Notes under the pieces: model-generated | Told to the model about the DNA's origin: nothing | The model's input: only the letters and a program-made list of their open reading frames with translations | The model's database searches: none | Assembly (NCBI GenBank): GCA_043814965.1 | Contig: JBDRJN010000002.1 | Span: forward strand, 39,984 to 103,983 | Reading direction: 5' to 3' | DNA: 64,000 nucleotides | Origin: Candidatus Omnitrophota bacterium | Lineage (GTDB): Bacteria; Omnitrophota; Gorgyraeia; Gorgyraeales; Gorgyraeaceae | Program-made: the position numbers and the translations under genes | Part shown: positions 27,501-34,101 of the stretch, in pieces | How the letters are laid out: each line of letters opens with the position of its first letter | Position numbering within the stretch: position 1 is the stretch's first letter

Positions 27501-29982
27501 GACACCCGAAGACGGCTCCAGGGGTTTCTTAAATGGCAATAGCTCAAAACCTGTTAGATATATGAATGGTAAGATAATAACCGAAGAGGAATATCAAAAA
27601 GATATGTTCTATGATGGCGGTAAAGATCAGGGCATGATAGATTGGAATAATATACCTTCTAATATATCTCCCAAGGTTCCTTTTACTATCTCTAGTATTA
27701 ATAGTTATGATTTTAAGCTAAATGGAGCATTAGATAGAAATAACGTGGCAAGTATCTTACCGGAAGGCCTTAGCGTAATCCCGTATTATACCGGAGGAGG
27801 TGTCTTACCTATTGGATTGACAGTAGGCTATGAGAATTTATTCGGGAATAATATGATAGGAGGAGGGTTTAATACTATAGGGCTGAACTTAAGAGAGTTC
27901 GAAGCTAAATACGGATATATGTTAGATAAAGATGAATATTTAGCTGGTTCAATCAAGCTGTTTGGGAAAGGTTACCATCCTCTTTTGGATAACACATTGA
28001 TAGCAAAGTTTCAGTATGCAGGCGGAAGACATCAATTAACAGCTGGATATGCAAACTTTCTTGCGCAGTTCGCTAATAAAAATATGAAAAATAGCTCTAC
28101 AAACCTGATATTTTCTAACTATATATATGATTATGACAAAAATATCAATGAAGGATTTGATTATTATTTAAATATAAATTTGAATGGGGGCTGGAACTCT
28201 GCAAATTCTGAAACATGGGAGTCTTTTTTGGGGTTGTTTGACGAAGGATTTTTAGCTTATAGTAGATTTTTAGGCAAGGCAAAATACGCATTATCCATAG
28301 ATGACCATTTTAATGCCTATGGCGAGAGCGTATTGGAACTTGGGGCCAGAACAGAGCTTAATAATATTTTGATGTTAAAATGGCGCTTGTCCCCGTCTAC
28401 AAAATTGTCAGGAGGGCTTCAAACCAGGCATAATCTAGACCTATGGTCTAGTGTCGCGCTTAGAGAAATTTATGGTTCTACAGAAGTTTTATTACCGTTT
28501 ATAATAGATTTAGAGCTTTACGGAAACTATCTGGAAGTAAAGGGCAATTATTACCCTAAGACTAATTTTTTAGGATTTGAACTTACACTTAGGACAGATT
28601 ATATATGGATAAAGGCATTTAAAGAATCTTATTTGTCAGATGTCCCAAGGTATGGCATAGGGCTTTCGGTTCCTTTGGGCAGGGATAAAGAAAGATATAT
28701 GCCAGATTTTTACCAGTTTGATAATAGAGATGTTTTTATAACTGATTCTATCGTGCAGATGCCTGAAAACATCTTAGCTTCTTTCGAAGAATATCCAGCA
28801 GAAGTTGTCCCGCAAGACCCTGCTTTTTATGAGGAGCTTAAAAAGAGATTAGTGGAGTCAGGCCTACTACGTCCGGAAATTCCCATAGAAGAGATAAAGT
28901 ACCATTATATACTGGAGCTAAAGGCATCAAGAGACATATTTGGCCTGACATCTGCAGAAGTAGTAAATAATTTTAGGAAATATAATTGGGGACTTAATGA
29001 ACTTTTATATCTTGGGAAGTCATTAGAGTGGGATTATCATGAAAGTATTTTTACTACTCCTCAAGAGACCTGGAGCAAAGAACCAAGTGTGTGCAGGGAC
29101 CATTCAGCTTTTCTTGCATTAATCATGAGAGATGGCATGGGATTGAGCACTGCAAGGGCGTATAATCTTATTGGTATGTATGGTTTTGCGCATGTAGTAG
29201 CAGTAGCTGTGGGAGAAAATGGGCATGGCAGAGAAGGATATGTTATGGTAGTTGATAAGGATAAGATCTATCTGCCAGGTGAGAATGGTTTTCCAGCAAT
29301 AAAATATGAGAATGAGGGCTCTTTTGTAAGGGCGTTGAGCTATATATATCCCAATGCTATTACTACACAGGGAGGAGATACATTTTTTGGAAAGATATTA
29401 AGAGATAATATAGAGAAGCCGATATTTGATATTAAAAGTAATAAAAATAATCCTTCACTGGAGGAAGAAGAATTAGAACAAGATGGGGTAAAAGAAGAAC
29501 AGAGAGATGATAAAGAAATAGAAAAACAGGAAGATAAAGAACAAGATAGTGATGGTTCTTTGATGATGCCTATACCATTGGTCCCTGTAGGAAAGAGAAA
29601 TAACAACACTTTTACTGATATACCCAAAAGATCTACGGCTAATAGTATGAGCCAGATCGAAGCTGTATTCGCAGATACTATCATAGGTAATGAAGAAAAA
29701 TTCGAAGACTGGCTGCGTGATAAGCGTAATGCAGGGCACCAGGTAGTGATAATATCAGAACCCGAAGATTTTAAGAATATAGAAAAATATAAAGAAATAG
29801 CCTATATAAAGGTTCTCGGGGAAGACATAAAGGATGAAAGTTATATAAATAAACTAAGGGAGTTAAGAGTATTATGTGAATTTAAGCCATTTAGTGGTTT
29901 TAATTTTGATGATCTACTGCAGGTAGAGTCGAATCTCGACCAATATAAAGAAGTCCTGGTATCAGTAGCAGGGGATATGTAA
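18547..29982 (+). CDS. Giant secreted/surface multidomain protein (3811 aa): HExxH x2, SAM-methyltransferase motif, HEAT/TPR, beta-rich aromatic region, transglutaminase-like core
   Basis: Uninterrupted 11.4 kb ORF with an N-terminal signal-like segment (LMTLLIASIFFLNNIAYG). HEAMHH at about 20032 and HERAHD at about 21823. VVDWGCGAGIAL at about 22590. CRDHSAFLALIMR..GFAHVV at about 29090. Own promoter and terminator. Confidence 0.85.
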   Translation: MTHFKKHLIKNPISKKVKVYGFKLMTLLIASIFFLNNIAYGMDLSGTAHLRGNSPFDKINEKEDKDRVNELLKAVQDASEKKKENKEDSRGPSISSTGVGDEHQANRNILEGILSTALRQGKIDPKEKERRLKEFDDFGKALSDDIDLEVDNKNVFLINGQKLIVVDGVDVLSTTEEGEQYASAGLRRGAVYITRNKFNEWVLAGTLMQKIRHEQDEVSHLLKQAENMGLSSEELSEYLKDPRNKASAKNMIQDAHKFAEENERLSALLSEASEDEARQSFKDKFLDMFRGRSKLLQAQRENALVRENGREVKVFRDNSLTQEFADFTKSLKLQKVRVVEESNNGKNKIYAVDDVNDNRFLVFEEEGHVYMIAVKAATLSTGEFFIETKDEQVLQGFKKAWDGFGSRKTGRFDEHKFLYASAFSKSGIEVLLNKVAGNPILRNLFALIIERSDELRLAGGFFLSDRQDAGGFYMPYLKLILWRAKHSIPSAGLIGHEAMHHLFSEDGEIYKKFHKYIEENHEKLLKELRHSPLYSYLSEKNLIDEVIAYLMDGIADGRVEIFQFGRLKYGDLKMFKQIIPSLEEYFPEELLLRFSDEDIIRGRFFDLLKELYKIRSENKGMDLKDALSECAKREYGKEAPSHETLLIVADFFKEAGDLKRAENIYKRLLDSSEVDMATKAIIRLGLIDLYVKEGDVPEAGKLFEVSKEELTDAGFTEDLIDKAFSMVIYPSEVLAILLSVTDAETIRDIFSHTIKAIESKIVKVKEKLQPTTVQFEIGGRTIEWDREFVNPYDVNITDEKTIRDSVTSGLIKKRKDHDELLSLLNKSAFLYYLSGDNEKYESTLKEVEKTEQEILMLEEKIERRLEEDREASVNESLEKKKSENEFWDNLPNTDWLRDMKIEDFQLIYGELGKVEPVNNQVADIVPIFGYIEDLSSQEDIKAPEASALLLEVEQFDYSAGIELVEYDPELIKNMTLLHKRNHSSLFRWVLSAIKNIIGDKSLGEKDKKYYMKFVFDILKTYLKNTILKDRLSSAFRERLESLGLSSDAIGSIIERGALSIEDGQVRGNMDILKLIAEIEGVKVGDVLRRSLFHERAHDILELLLKEDKKDVLKDVKDGLGSDYYLVKAIMEEEFGEFESEQEFLEELVVKYYTYRFSGSDTSIFEKSEMLKVASVIDSLMPDGLKELFTIKGENTQHAQSEKLKELSRESKRLGGKLEIEFEEGEAIKELSDEIKNVIASINMTQSAQDPEEAVSINETVLGLGAKMVTLRDIDLEEINRLRRSNIDKFVIERKPGLEPIINSDTRDQQNWPYTYSDLNIVDSNFGIDIFDMIEKKSDSEPDKTFTVVDWGCGAGIALNDIAKKLKEKGINNVRLIGFADQYHSAWEKADESITFILDEAKALPKYRDVLKSPYLIYSFMGLRHLIGKNIDDHSDYSDYIMELTDNLSKDGKIITEYDRSKYERVYEHIKSDLASKGIEFEQVINPVRGSAMIISKEDPNKQPASSGKIEEPMIRFIPGIVDMVDLGILFKKYKGNLFYRVSDEGDTKKAVVFSHDKNKNEIVRGEWQLVNRFDLNIWEPVYIPSSTASYGEKKAYEFITKFDELIYKIEPLNFLFPDINLRDIRNQSIYLRDIARNHKTEQQLLKVLSKAKDAIEDKVIKLALKDSSKFDISRQNRIKERLKSTKSDFKGLYNILSDIEKNLNKKGTKTNIVGKLTLFAAGVLSSLGTMEASDISGQDLSQVKDPAPIVQYVDNAPNAIDLLEQDPKDLALQDERFIIDVGGIEFDLTGKAMREVLDDGTTVATVLEYINIKDGNFDIGTHKDVFIFHPNDKIIISPAKPGIPSIITLNTSWEVTPPSFVDLGTLYIKGSEEYKTILTLVTYGMGSLDENDIPAFNNGRMTEFDMAPYELSGSLILYPAYGSYGTGRNSSTGELVGFIFIDNKTKEILMIDRENYSFNELKMLYEATYKGVTNIDEFETATNSLIKRGGSIYNELRSARSYILDAVTNDKEFKLELLDGSGNKTGEFVIFNKGTRIDMNTMMPKDGSKGLLNGDSSKPVRYMKGDIITEEEYQKDMFYDDENQGMLDLQNTSFSLKQPDLAGLKTTHDTKSRVLLESIFDSRKVDLGRYAVDEPVTEGTGVNLYWVKDTQSELEFFVLCVDSRGSIILIAEGMEGYDELLSPYISNDIERLKNKMVEIISRGIDNPYGIGDVILFDKNNISVRLNNGQVIDYKFRSEEIDNPDGTISLVYIGDKPVNVGNQTFEKGDKIVLEWSDDKYGKSDTGFIIKEIVKGELYKDIIDTQDKKSEESKIGDKEVHSLIAVLRAGDYNKIIWAKKMLLQMGDIAVDQLIEALSDSSIKSNVLSSIIDILGNVGDPKAIQPLLISIEKQSNYFGAYLAAKAVFKIDEEKLSTIFQALANRAKVKGNSWRSYLLFANSLNMGLSDHQKERYSVFYNGLQAGIQEGVLCIHEAGMDNNQIEDVGIRRVFSNIDEVKEWINRDYELGFQYYPPFDEMSNMLSPDFILQISNGKISMVYHTDVKLRQIVGEKEVEEELRNIGFIGGSGIIAVEKGGDIGNNSLYLRVFNSVHSHSHPKKYESHIVVPSETDLNCYKGEIDKRNELELEDQKKDPSKADTLAESTYVYTKILGFGYKDNEAERITKMISDFYMENNISVLENLPELEQIKGLKDILSGNLEIEFGLPTNLEEVFTGRKANCYGSSQLFKILGEMIGLDITPLEIIVSNDKQLHLSSHGALLVNLSNGTSVIVDMALPSMGENGISDAFSINMQYKKEGNYLILNDNVNPLNLYYKFRIGDIGLINSWVILSNVHYPDSYTIPDVDSNNVKIIEKAIEKDPLYIRSYFGLANAYCTNILYANVYSEDDIIKWVKDNPENIEKALKLMDKALGLDPKNEQGLLYKNRLEELLEKAESRGSLEVIPNSDSGSLMPESSMQPHRLELLDGTGNKTGEFVIFNKGTRVKPSTMTPEDGSRGFLNGNSSKPVRYMNGKIITEEEYQKDMFYDGGKDQGMIDWNNIPSNISPKVPFTISSINSYDFKLNGALDRNNVASILPEGLSVIPYYTGGGVLPIGLTVGYENLFGNNMIGGGFNTIGLNLREFEAKYGYMLDKDEYLAGSIKLFGKGYHPLLDNTLIAKFQYAGGRHQLTAGYANFLAQFANKNMKNSSTNLIFSNYIYDYDKNINEGFDYYLNINLNGGWNSANSETWESFLGLFDEGFLAYSRFLGKAKYALSIDDHFNAYGESVLELGARTELNNILMLKWRLSPSTKLSGGLQTRHNLDLWSSVALREIYGSTEVLLPFIIDLELYGNYLEVKGNYYPKTNFLGFELTLRTDYIWIKAFKESYLSDVPRYGIGLSVPLGRDKERYMPDFYQFDNRDVFITDSIVQMPENILASFEEYPAEVVPQDPAFYEELKKRLVESGLLRPEIPIEEIKYHYILELKASRDIFGLTSAEVVNNFRKYNWGLNELLYLGKSLEWDYHESIFTTPQETWSKEPSVCRDHSAFLALIMRDGMGLSTARAYNLIGMYGFAHVVAVAVGENGHGREGYVMVVDKDKIYLPGENGFPAIKYENEGSFVRALSYIYPNAITTQGGDTFFGKILRDNIEKPIFDIKSNKNNPSLEEEELEQDGVKEEQRDDKEIEKQEDKEQDSDGSLMMPIPLVPVGKRNNNTFTDIPKRSTANSMSQIEAVFADTIIGNEEKFEDWLRDKRNAGHQVVIISEPEDFKNIEKYKEIAYIKVLGEDIKDESYINKLRELRVLCEFKPFSGFNFDDLLQVESNLDQYKEVLVSVAGDM

Positions 29983-30007
29983 AACAAGACACAAGTTGCA
30001 AGACACA

Positions 30008-30040
30008 GGTCACAGGTAATGTATTGTGACCCTTTTTTAT
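30008..30040 (+). terminator. Rho-independent terminator of the giant gene
   Basis: ggtcaca (30008-30014) pairs with tgtgacc (30025-30031), followed by TTTTTT (30033-30038). It lies 26 nt after stop 29982. Confidence 0.6.
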
Positions 30041-30057
30041 TGTGTTATAATATCTCC

Positions 30058-31572
30058 ATGAAGATCATACCTATATTTATCCCGCATGCAGGGTGTCCAT
30101 ATAAGTGTATATATTGTGACCAGAATAAGATCTCAGGCGCAGTGAGGCTTCCTTCAAAAAAAGAGGTCCAATCTATAATAGATGAGAGGCTAAAAACCAT
30201 CCCAAAAGAAGAAGTAAAAGAAATAGCGTTCTTCGGCGGCACGTTCACATCTTTACCTAATAAATTACAAGAGGAATATCTGAGGATAGCCCACTCATAT
30301 GTGAAAAAAGGCGTAGTTGATTCTATTCGCATGTCTACCCACCCTGAATCAGTAACTAAGGAATCCATGAAAAGATTTAAAAGATACGGAGGAAGATTAG
30401 TAGAGCTTGGCATACAATCCCTGGATAAAAAGGTCTTAAAAAGTATTAAAAGAGAAGTAGATCTTAAGAATGTTAAAGATGCAGTTGAGATCATAAAGAG
30501 TTCAGGGCTTAAATTAGGGGTGCAGGTGATGCTGGGCCTTCCAGGAGATACACTTAAAAGGTCTATTGATACAGCCAAGAGACTTGTAAGATTCAAGCCA
30601 GAGACAGCCCGCATATATCCAGCGCTTGTCATAGAAGGGACAGAGTTAGCTGGTTTATATAAGAAAAGAAAATATAAACCAATGGCCTTAAAAAGAGCTA
30701 TAGAAGAAGCAAGTGTTATAACAGATATCTTTGAAAAGAATAAAGTAAAGGTTATCCGTATTGGCCTTCATCCTTCAAGGGACTTGGAATCAAAAGAGAC
30801 TTTGTTAGCCGGGCCGTACCATGTGAATTTTGGGAGTTTAGTGCGTTCTAGGATCATGCAAAATAAAACTAGAGATGTCAAAAAGGACATTGCTTTAATA
30901 GACCCACGGATGCCGAGGAAAGCCAAAGAAAAACTTAAGTGCCTAAATTTTAATTTAATCGAAGTACCATTGCATAAAAGGCTTCAAAAACCTATTAAAG
31001 GTCATACTGATATGATGATCTTTAAGTACAATAAAACTGTGGTATATGAACCGAGACTTGAAAAGATAGCAAGGATCTTGAGGCTAAATGGATATAAATG
31101 CATAAAGGGAGATGAGATCTTATCAGGTAGATACCCCAAAGATATAATCTATAATGCATGCAGTGTTGGTAGAGCGATAATCCATTATAAAGGTGATATT
31201 GATAAGCATATAAAATCTTTGAAAGCAGGGCATATACTGGTTAATCAGGGATATGCAAAATGCTCTATAGTGCCTGTAGATAATAAGCGCATTATTACAT
31301 CTGATACAGGTATAGCTAATGCTTGGACTAAAAAACGCGGGATGTCTCTACTCGTAAAGCCTGGGCATGTGAAGCTGCCTGGATATAAGGCTGGATTTAT
31401 AGGAGGCGCAACAGGAGTGACAGATAAGACAGTGTTTTTTGTAGGTAGACTAGATACTCACCCAGATTCTAGAAAGATAAGGAGTTTTATCAAAAAATCA
31501 GGCAAAAGCATAGTAGAGCTCTACGAGGGCCCGTTATATGATGTAGGGAGTGTAGTATTTTTTGATTGCTGA
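30058..31572 (+). CDS. Radical SAM protein with a C-terminal 250-aa domain of unknown function
   Basis: IPHAGCPYKCIYCDQ (CxxxCxxC), with the glycine-rich FFGGTFTSLP. Start moved to ATG 30058 because 30019 lies inside the upstream terminator. Confidence 0.75.
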   Translation: MKIIPIFIPHAGCPYKCIYCDQNKISGAVRLPSKKEVQSIIDERLKTIPKEEVKEIAFFGGTFTSLPNKLQEEYLRIAHSYVKKGVVDSIRMSTHPESVTKESMKRFKRYGGRLVELGIQSLDKKVLKSIKREVDLKNVKDAVEIIKSSGLKLGVQVMLGLPGDTLKRSIDTAKRLVRFKPETARIYPALVIEGTELAGLYKKRKYKPMALKRAIEEASVITDIFEKNKVKVIRIGLHPSRDLESKETLLAGPYHVNFGSLVRSRIMQNKTRDVKKDIALIDPRMPRKAKEKLKCLNFNLIEVPLHKRLQKPIKGHTDMMIFKYNKTVVYEPRLEKIARILRLNGYKCIKGDEILSGRYPKDIIYNACSVGRAIIHYKGDIDKHIKSLKAGHILVNQGYAKCSIVPVDNKRIITSDTGIANAWTKKRGMSLLVKPGHVKLPGYKAGFIGGATGVTDKTVFFVGRLDTHPDSRKIRSFIKKSGKSIVELYEGPLYDVGSVVFFDC

Positions 31573-31578
31573 ACAGGC

Positions 31579-31646
31579 GTAGGTGACACTTAAGGGTCAC
31601 CTACCGACTCGCATAAACCAGTAGGGGAGCCTTAAGGCTCCCCTAC
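31579..31646. repeat. Tandem pair of REP-like hairpins (copies 4a and 4b)
   Basis: GTAGGTGACACTTAAGGGTCACCTAC (31579-31604) and GTAGGGGAGCCTTAAGGCTCCCCTAC (31621-31646). Both start 7 nt after the radical SAM stop, with conserved GTAGG..CTTAAG..CCTAC ends. Confidence 0.6.
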
Positions 31647-31715
31647 TTGAGCTAAAGCCGGCTATCCTAAAATTACCTTGTTTATGCAAGCGCACGGTGT
31701 TATACTAAATTCACT

Positions 31716-32681
31716 ATGAAAATAAGCGATTTTTTAAAGAAAAATTTCAAGCATTTCAATGCAAGAGCGCTTATAGATGCTTCAGATAGCTATATAGAGC
31801 ACCTCGACAAGGGTGGCAAGATGCTTCTAGCAATGGCAGGAGCTATGAGTACAGCTGAGCTTGGGATAAGCCTTGCTGAGATGATAAGGCAGGACAAGAT
31901 CCATGCTGTATGTACTACTGGAGCGAACCTTGAAGAGGACATATTTAACCTTGTCGCGCACTCTCACTATAAAGTCATACCTAATTATAGGGACCTTTCT
32001 CCAGAGGACGAGCTCAAACTTCGCAAAAAAGGCCTCAACAGAGTGACAGATACCTGCATACCCGAAGAAGAGGCAATACGAAGGATCGAGGGTAAGATCC
32101 TCCCTTTGTGGGAAGAAGCCAGTAAAAATAATAAGAGATATTTTCCCTATGAATATTTTTATGAACTTATACGTAAAGATGAATTAAAGGAGTTTTATGA
32201 GATAGATCCTTTGGACAGTTGGGTAGTGGCTGCATCTAAAAAGAATATCCCTATATTTACTCCTGGGTGGGAAGACTCTACTTTAGGCAATGTTATAGTA
32301 GGACATCTTAAAAAAGGCGTTTTTAAGGGCCTTGGTTTTATAAAAAGCGGCTTGGAACAGATGTCGTATCTAGTGGACTGGTATCTTGAGAACACAAAGT
32401 GCTCTTCTATAGGGTTCTTTCAGATAGGAGGAGGGATCGCAGGTGACTTTCCTATATGCGTAGTGCCTCTTATAAGGCAGGACCTCGGAAAAGACTGTCC
32501 TCTCTGGGGATATTTTTGCCAGATAAGTGACTCTACCACATCCTATGGCTCCTATAGCGGGGCAGTGCCTAATGAAAAGATCACTTGGGAGAAGCTCGGA
32601 TTAGACACACCAAAGTTTTTAATAGAATCAGATGCCAGCATTGTAGCGCCTCTTATGTTCCAATATATCCTGGAAAAGTAA
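31716..32681 (+). CDS. Deoxyhypusine synthase-like protein
   Basis: MSTAELGISLAEMIRQDKIHAVCTTGANLEED and overall DHS-like layout. 321 aa. Confidence 0.65.
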   Translation: MKISDFLKKNFKHFNARALIDASDSYIEHLDKGGKMLLAMAGAMSTAELGISLAEMIRQDKIHAVCTTGANLEEDIFNLVAHSHYKVIPNYRDLSPEDELKLRKKGLNRVTDTCIPEEEAIRRIEGKILPLWEEASKNNKRYFPYEYFYELIRKDELKEFYEIDPLDSWVVAASKKNIPIFTPGWEDSTLGNVIVGHLKKGVFKGLGFIKSGLEQMSYLVDWYLENTKCSSIGFFQIGGGIAGDFPICVVPLIRQDLGKDCPLWGYFCQISDSTTSYGSYSGAVPNEKITWEKLGLDTPKFLIESDASIVAPLMFQYILEK

Positions 32682-32682
32682 T

Positions 32683-33549
32683 ATGCCCATTATATTCGGC
32701 GGAAAAGATACTGACTTTACTGCATTCAATCATTCAAAGGCTGTTATCGTGCCTGTTCCTTATGGAAAGACTGTAAGTTATAAGAAAGGCACAGAGCACG
32801 GGCCTCTTGCAATATTAAAGGCCTCGGATAACCTGGAGCTTTTTGATGAGGAATTAAACCTTGAAACATATAAATTCGGTATAGCTACACTTCCTTTTTT
32901 AAAGGTAGGAGGGCTTAAACCTGAAAAGATGATATCTCGAGTAGAAAAGAACGTATCAAAGGTTCTTGAAAAAGAAAAGTTTCCTATAGTGATAGGAGGA
33001 GAACACTCTGTTACTATCGGGGCTATAAAGGCTGTCAGAAAAAAACACAGTGATTTTTCAGTACTATATTTTGACGCGCACAGCGATTTAAGGGATAGTT
33101 ACAATCACTCAAAGTACAATCATGCGTGTGTAGCAAGAAGGATATTGGAGTATGCTGGTATAGTTGAGGTTGGCATAAGAAGCTTTAGTAAGGAAGAGAA
33201 TGATTTTTCTGTAGAAAATAAGCTTAATGTCATAAAGATGTTGGATGTATTGGAAGATAAAGACATAAAAAATTCTATAAAAAGAGGCTTAAAGCAAAAA
33301 GTATATATCAGTATAGACCTTGATGTATTTGATCCAAGTATCATGCCGTCGGTCGGCACTCCTGAGCCAGGCGGGATGAGCTGGTATGGTTTTTTAAATA
33401 TATTAAAGGAAGTAATAAAAGAAAAACACATAGTCGGGTTTGACGTAGTAGAGCTTTGCCCTACAAGGAACATGGTGAGGTCTGATTTTTTTGCAGCTAA
33501 ACTTATATATAAAACGCTCGGCTACATCTTTTCCAAAAAGGAGAGTTGA
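32683..33549 (+). CDS. speB: Agmatinase (arginase/ureohydrolase family)
   Basis: Mn-ligand motifs GGEHS, FDAHSDL and SIDLDVFDP. Confidence 0.75.
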   Translation: MPIIFGGKDTDFTAFNHSKAVIVPVPYGKTVSYKKGTEHGPLAILKASDNLELFDEELNLETYKFGIATLPFLKVGGLKPEKMISRVEKNVSKVLEKEKFPIVIGGEHSVTIGAIKAVRKKHSDFSVLYFDAHSDLRDSYNHSKYNHACVARRILEYAGIVEVGIRSFSKEENDFSVENKLNVIKMLDVLEDKDIKNSIKRGLKQKVYISIDLDVFDPSIMPSVGTPEPGGMSWYGFLNILKEVIKEKHIVGFDVVELCPTRNMVRSDFFAAKLIYKTLGYIFSKKES

Positions 33550-33552
33550 TAT

Positions 33553-34098
33553 ATGCTGGTACCGACCAAGGTATTCTTGACAAAAGGCGTTGGCTCAAAT
33601 AAAGAAGAGCTCAGGTCATTTGAGCTTGCATTGAGGGATGCTGGTATAGAAAAATGCAATCTTGTAGAAGGTTCTGGCATACTTCCTCCAGGATGCAAGA
33701 TAATATCTAAAAATGAAGGCATAAAGGAACTTAAACCAGGCATGATAACTTTTGCGGTTGTCTCCCGCTGTGCAAGCAATGAACCGAGGAGGCTTATAGC
33801 TGCTTCAATTGGCCTGGCAAAGCCAGCTGATGATGCTGCTTATGGATACCTTTCACAGAACTATGCATATGGCCAGACAGATGAAGTAGCAGGGGACTAT
33901 GCAGAGGATATGGCGGCTTGCATGCTTGCCTCTAGTCTCGGCATAGAATTTGACGAGGAAAAATCCTGGGACGAAAAAAAGGAATTTTTTAAAATAAATG
34001 AACAGATCATAAGGACCAGCAATATCACTCAATCTACTATTATAGGCAATAATGGCTGGTATTCGACTGTTATTGCAGCAGCAGTATTTATCTTCTAA
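33553..34098 (+). CDS. pdaD: Pyruvoyl-dependent arginine decarboxylase
   Basis: MLVPTKVFLTKGVG..LVEGSGILPPG is PdaD-like. 181 aa. Confidence 0.7.
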   Translation: MLVPTKVFLTKGVGSNKEELRSFELALRDAGIEKCNLVEGSGILPPGCKIISKNEGIKELKPGMITFAVVSRCASNEPRRLIAASIGLAKPADDAAYGYLSQNYAYGQTDEVAGDYAEDMAACMLASSLGIEFDEEKSWDEKKEFFKINEQIIRTSNITQSTIIGNNGWYSTVIAAAVFIF

Positions 34099-34101
34099 AA
34101 A

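Noticed and set aside
18663-29739. About 20 antisense or alternative-frame ORFs of 60-133 aa inside the giant gene (for example 18663-19001, 23862-24263, 29340-29684)
   Set aside because: They are embedded in a long, uninterrupted, domain-bearing ORF on the other strand or frame. They are low-complexity and Ser/Leu-rich, as expected for shadow ORFs of an AT-rich gene.
30019-30057. ORF-track start of the radical SAM gene at 30019
   Set aside because: ATG 30019 lies within the terminator hairpin of the giant gene. ATG 30058 (MKIIPIF..) is the more plausible start.
11570-31646. Possibility that the recurring palindromes are CRISPR repeats
   Set aside because: Copies are tens of kb apart, not interleaved with uniform spacers, and there are no cas genes.
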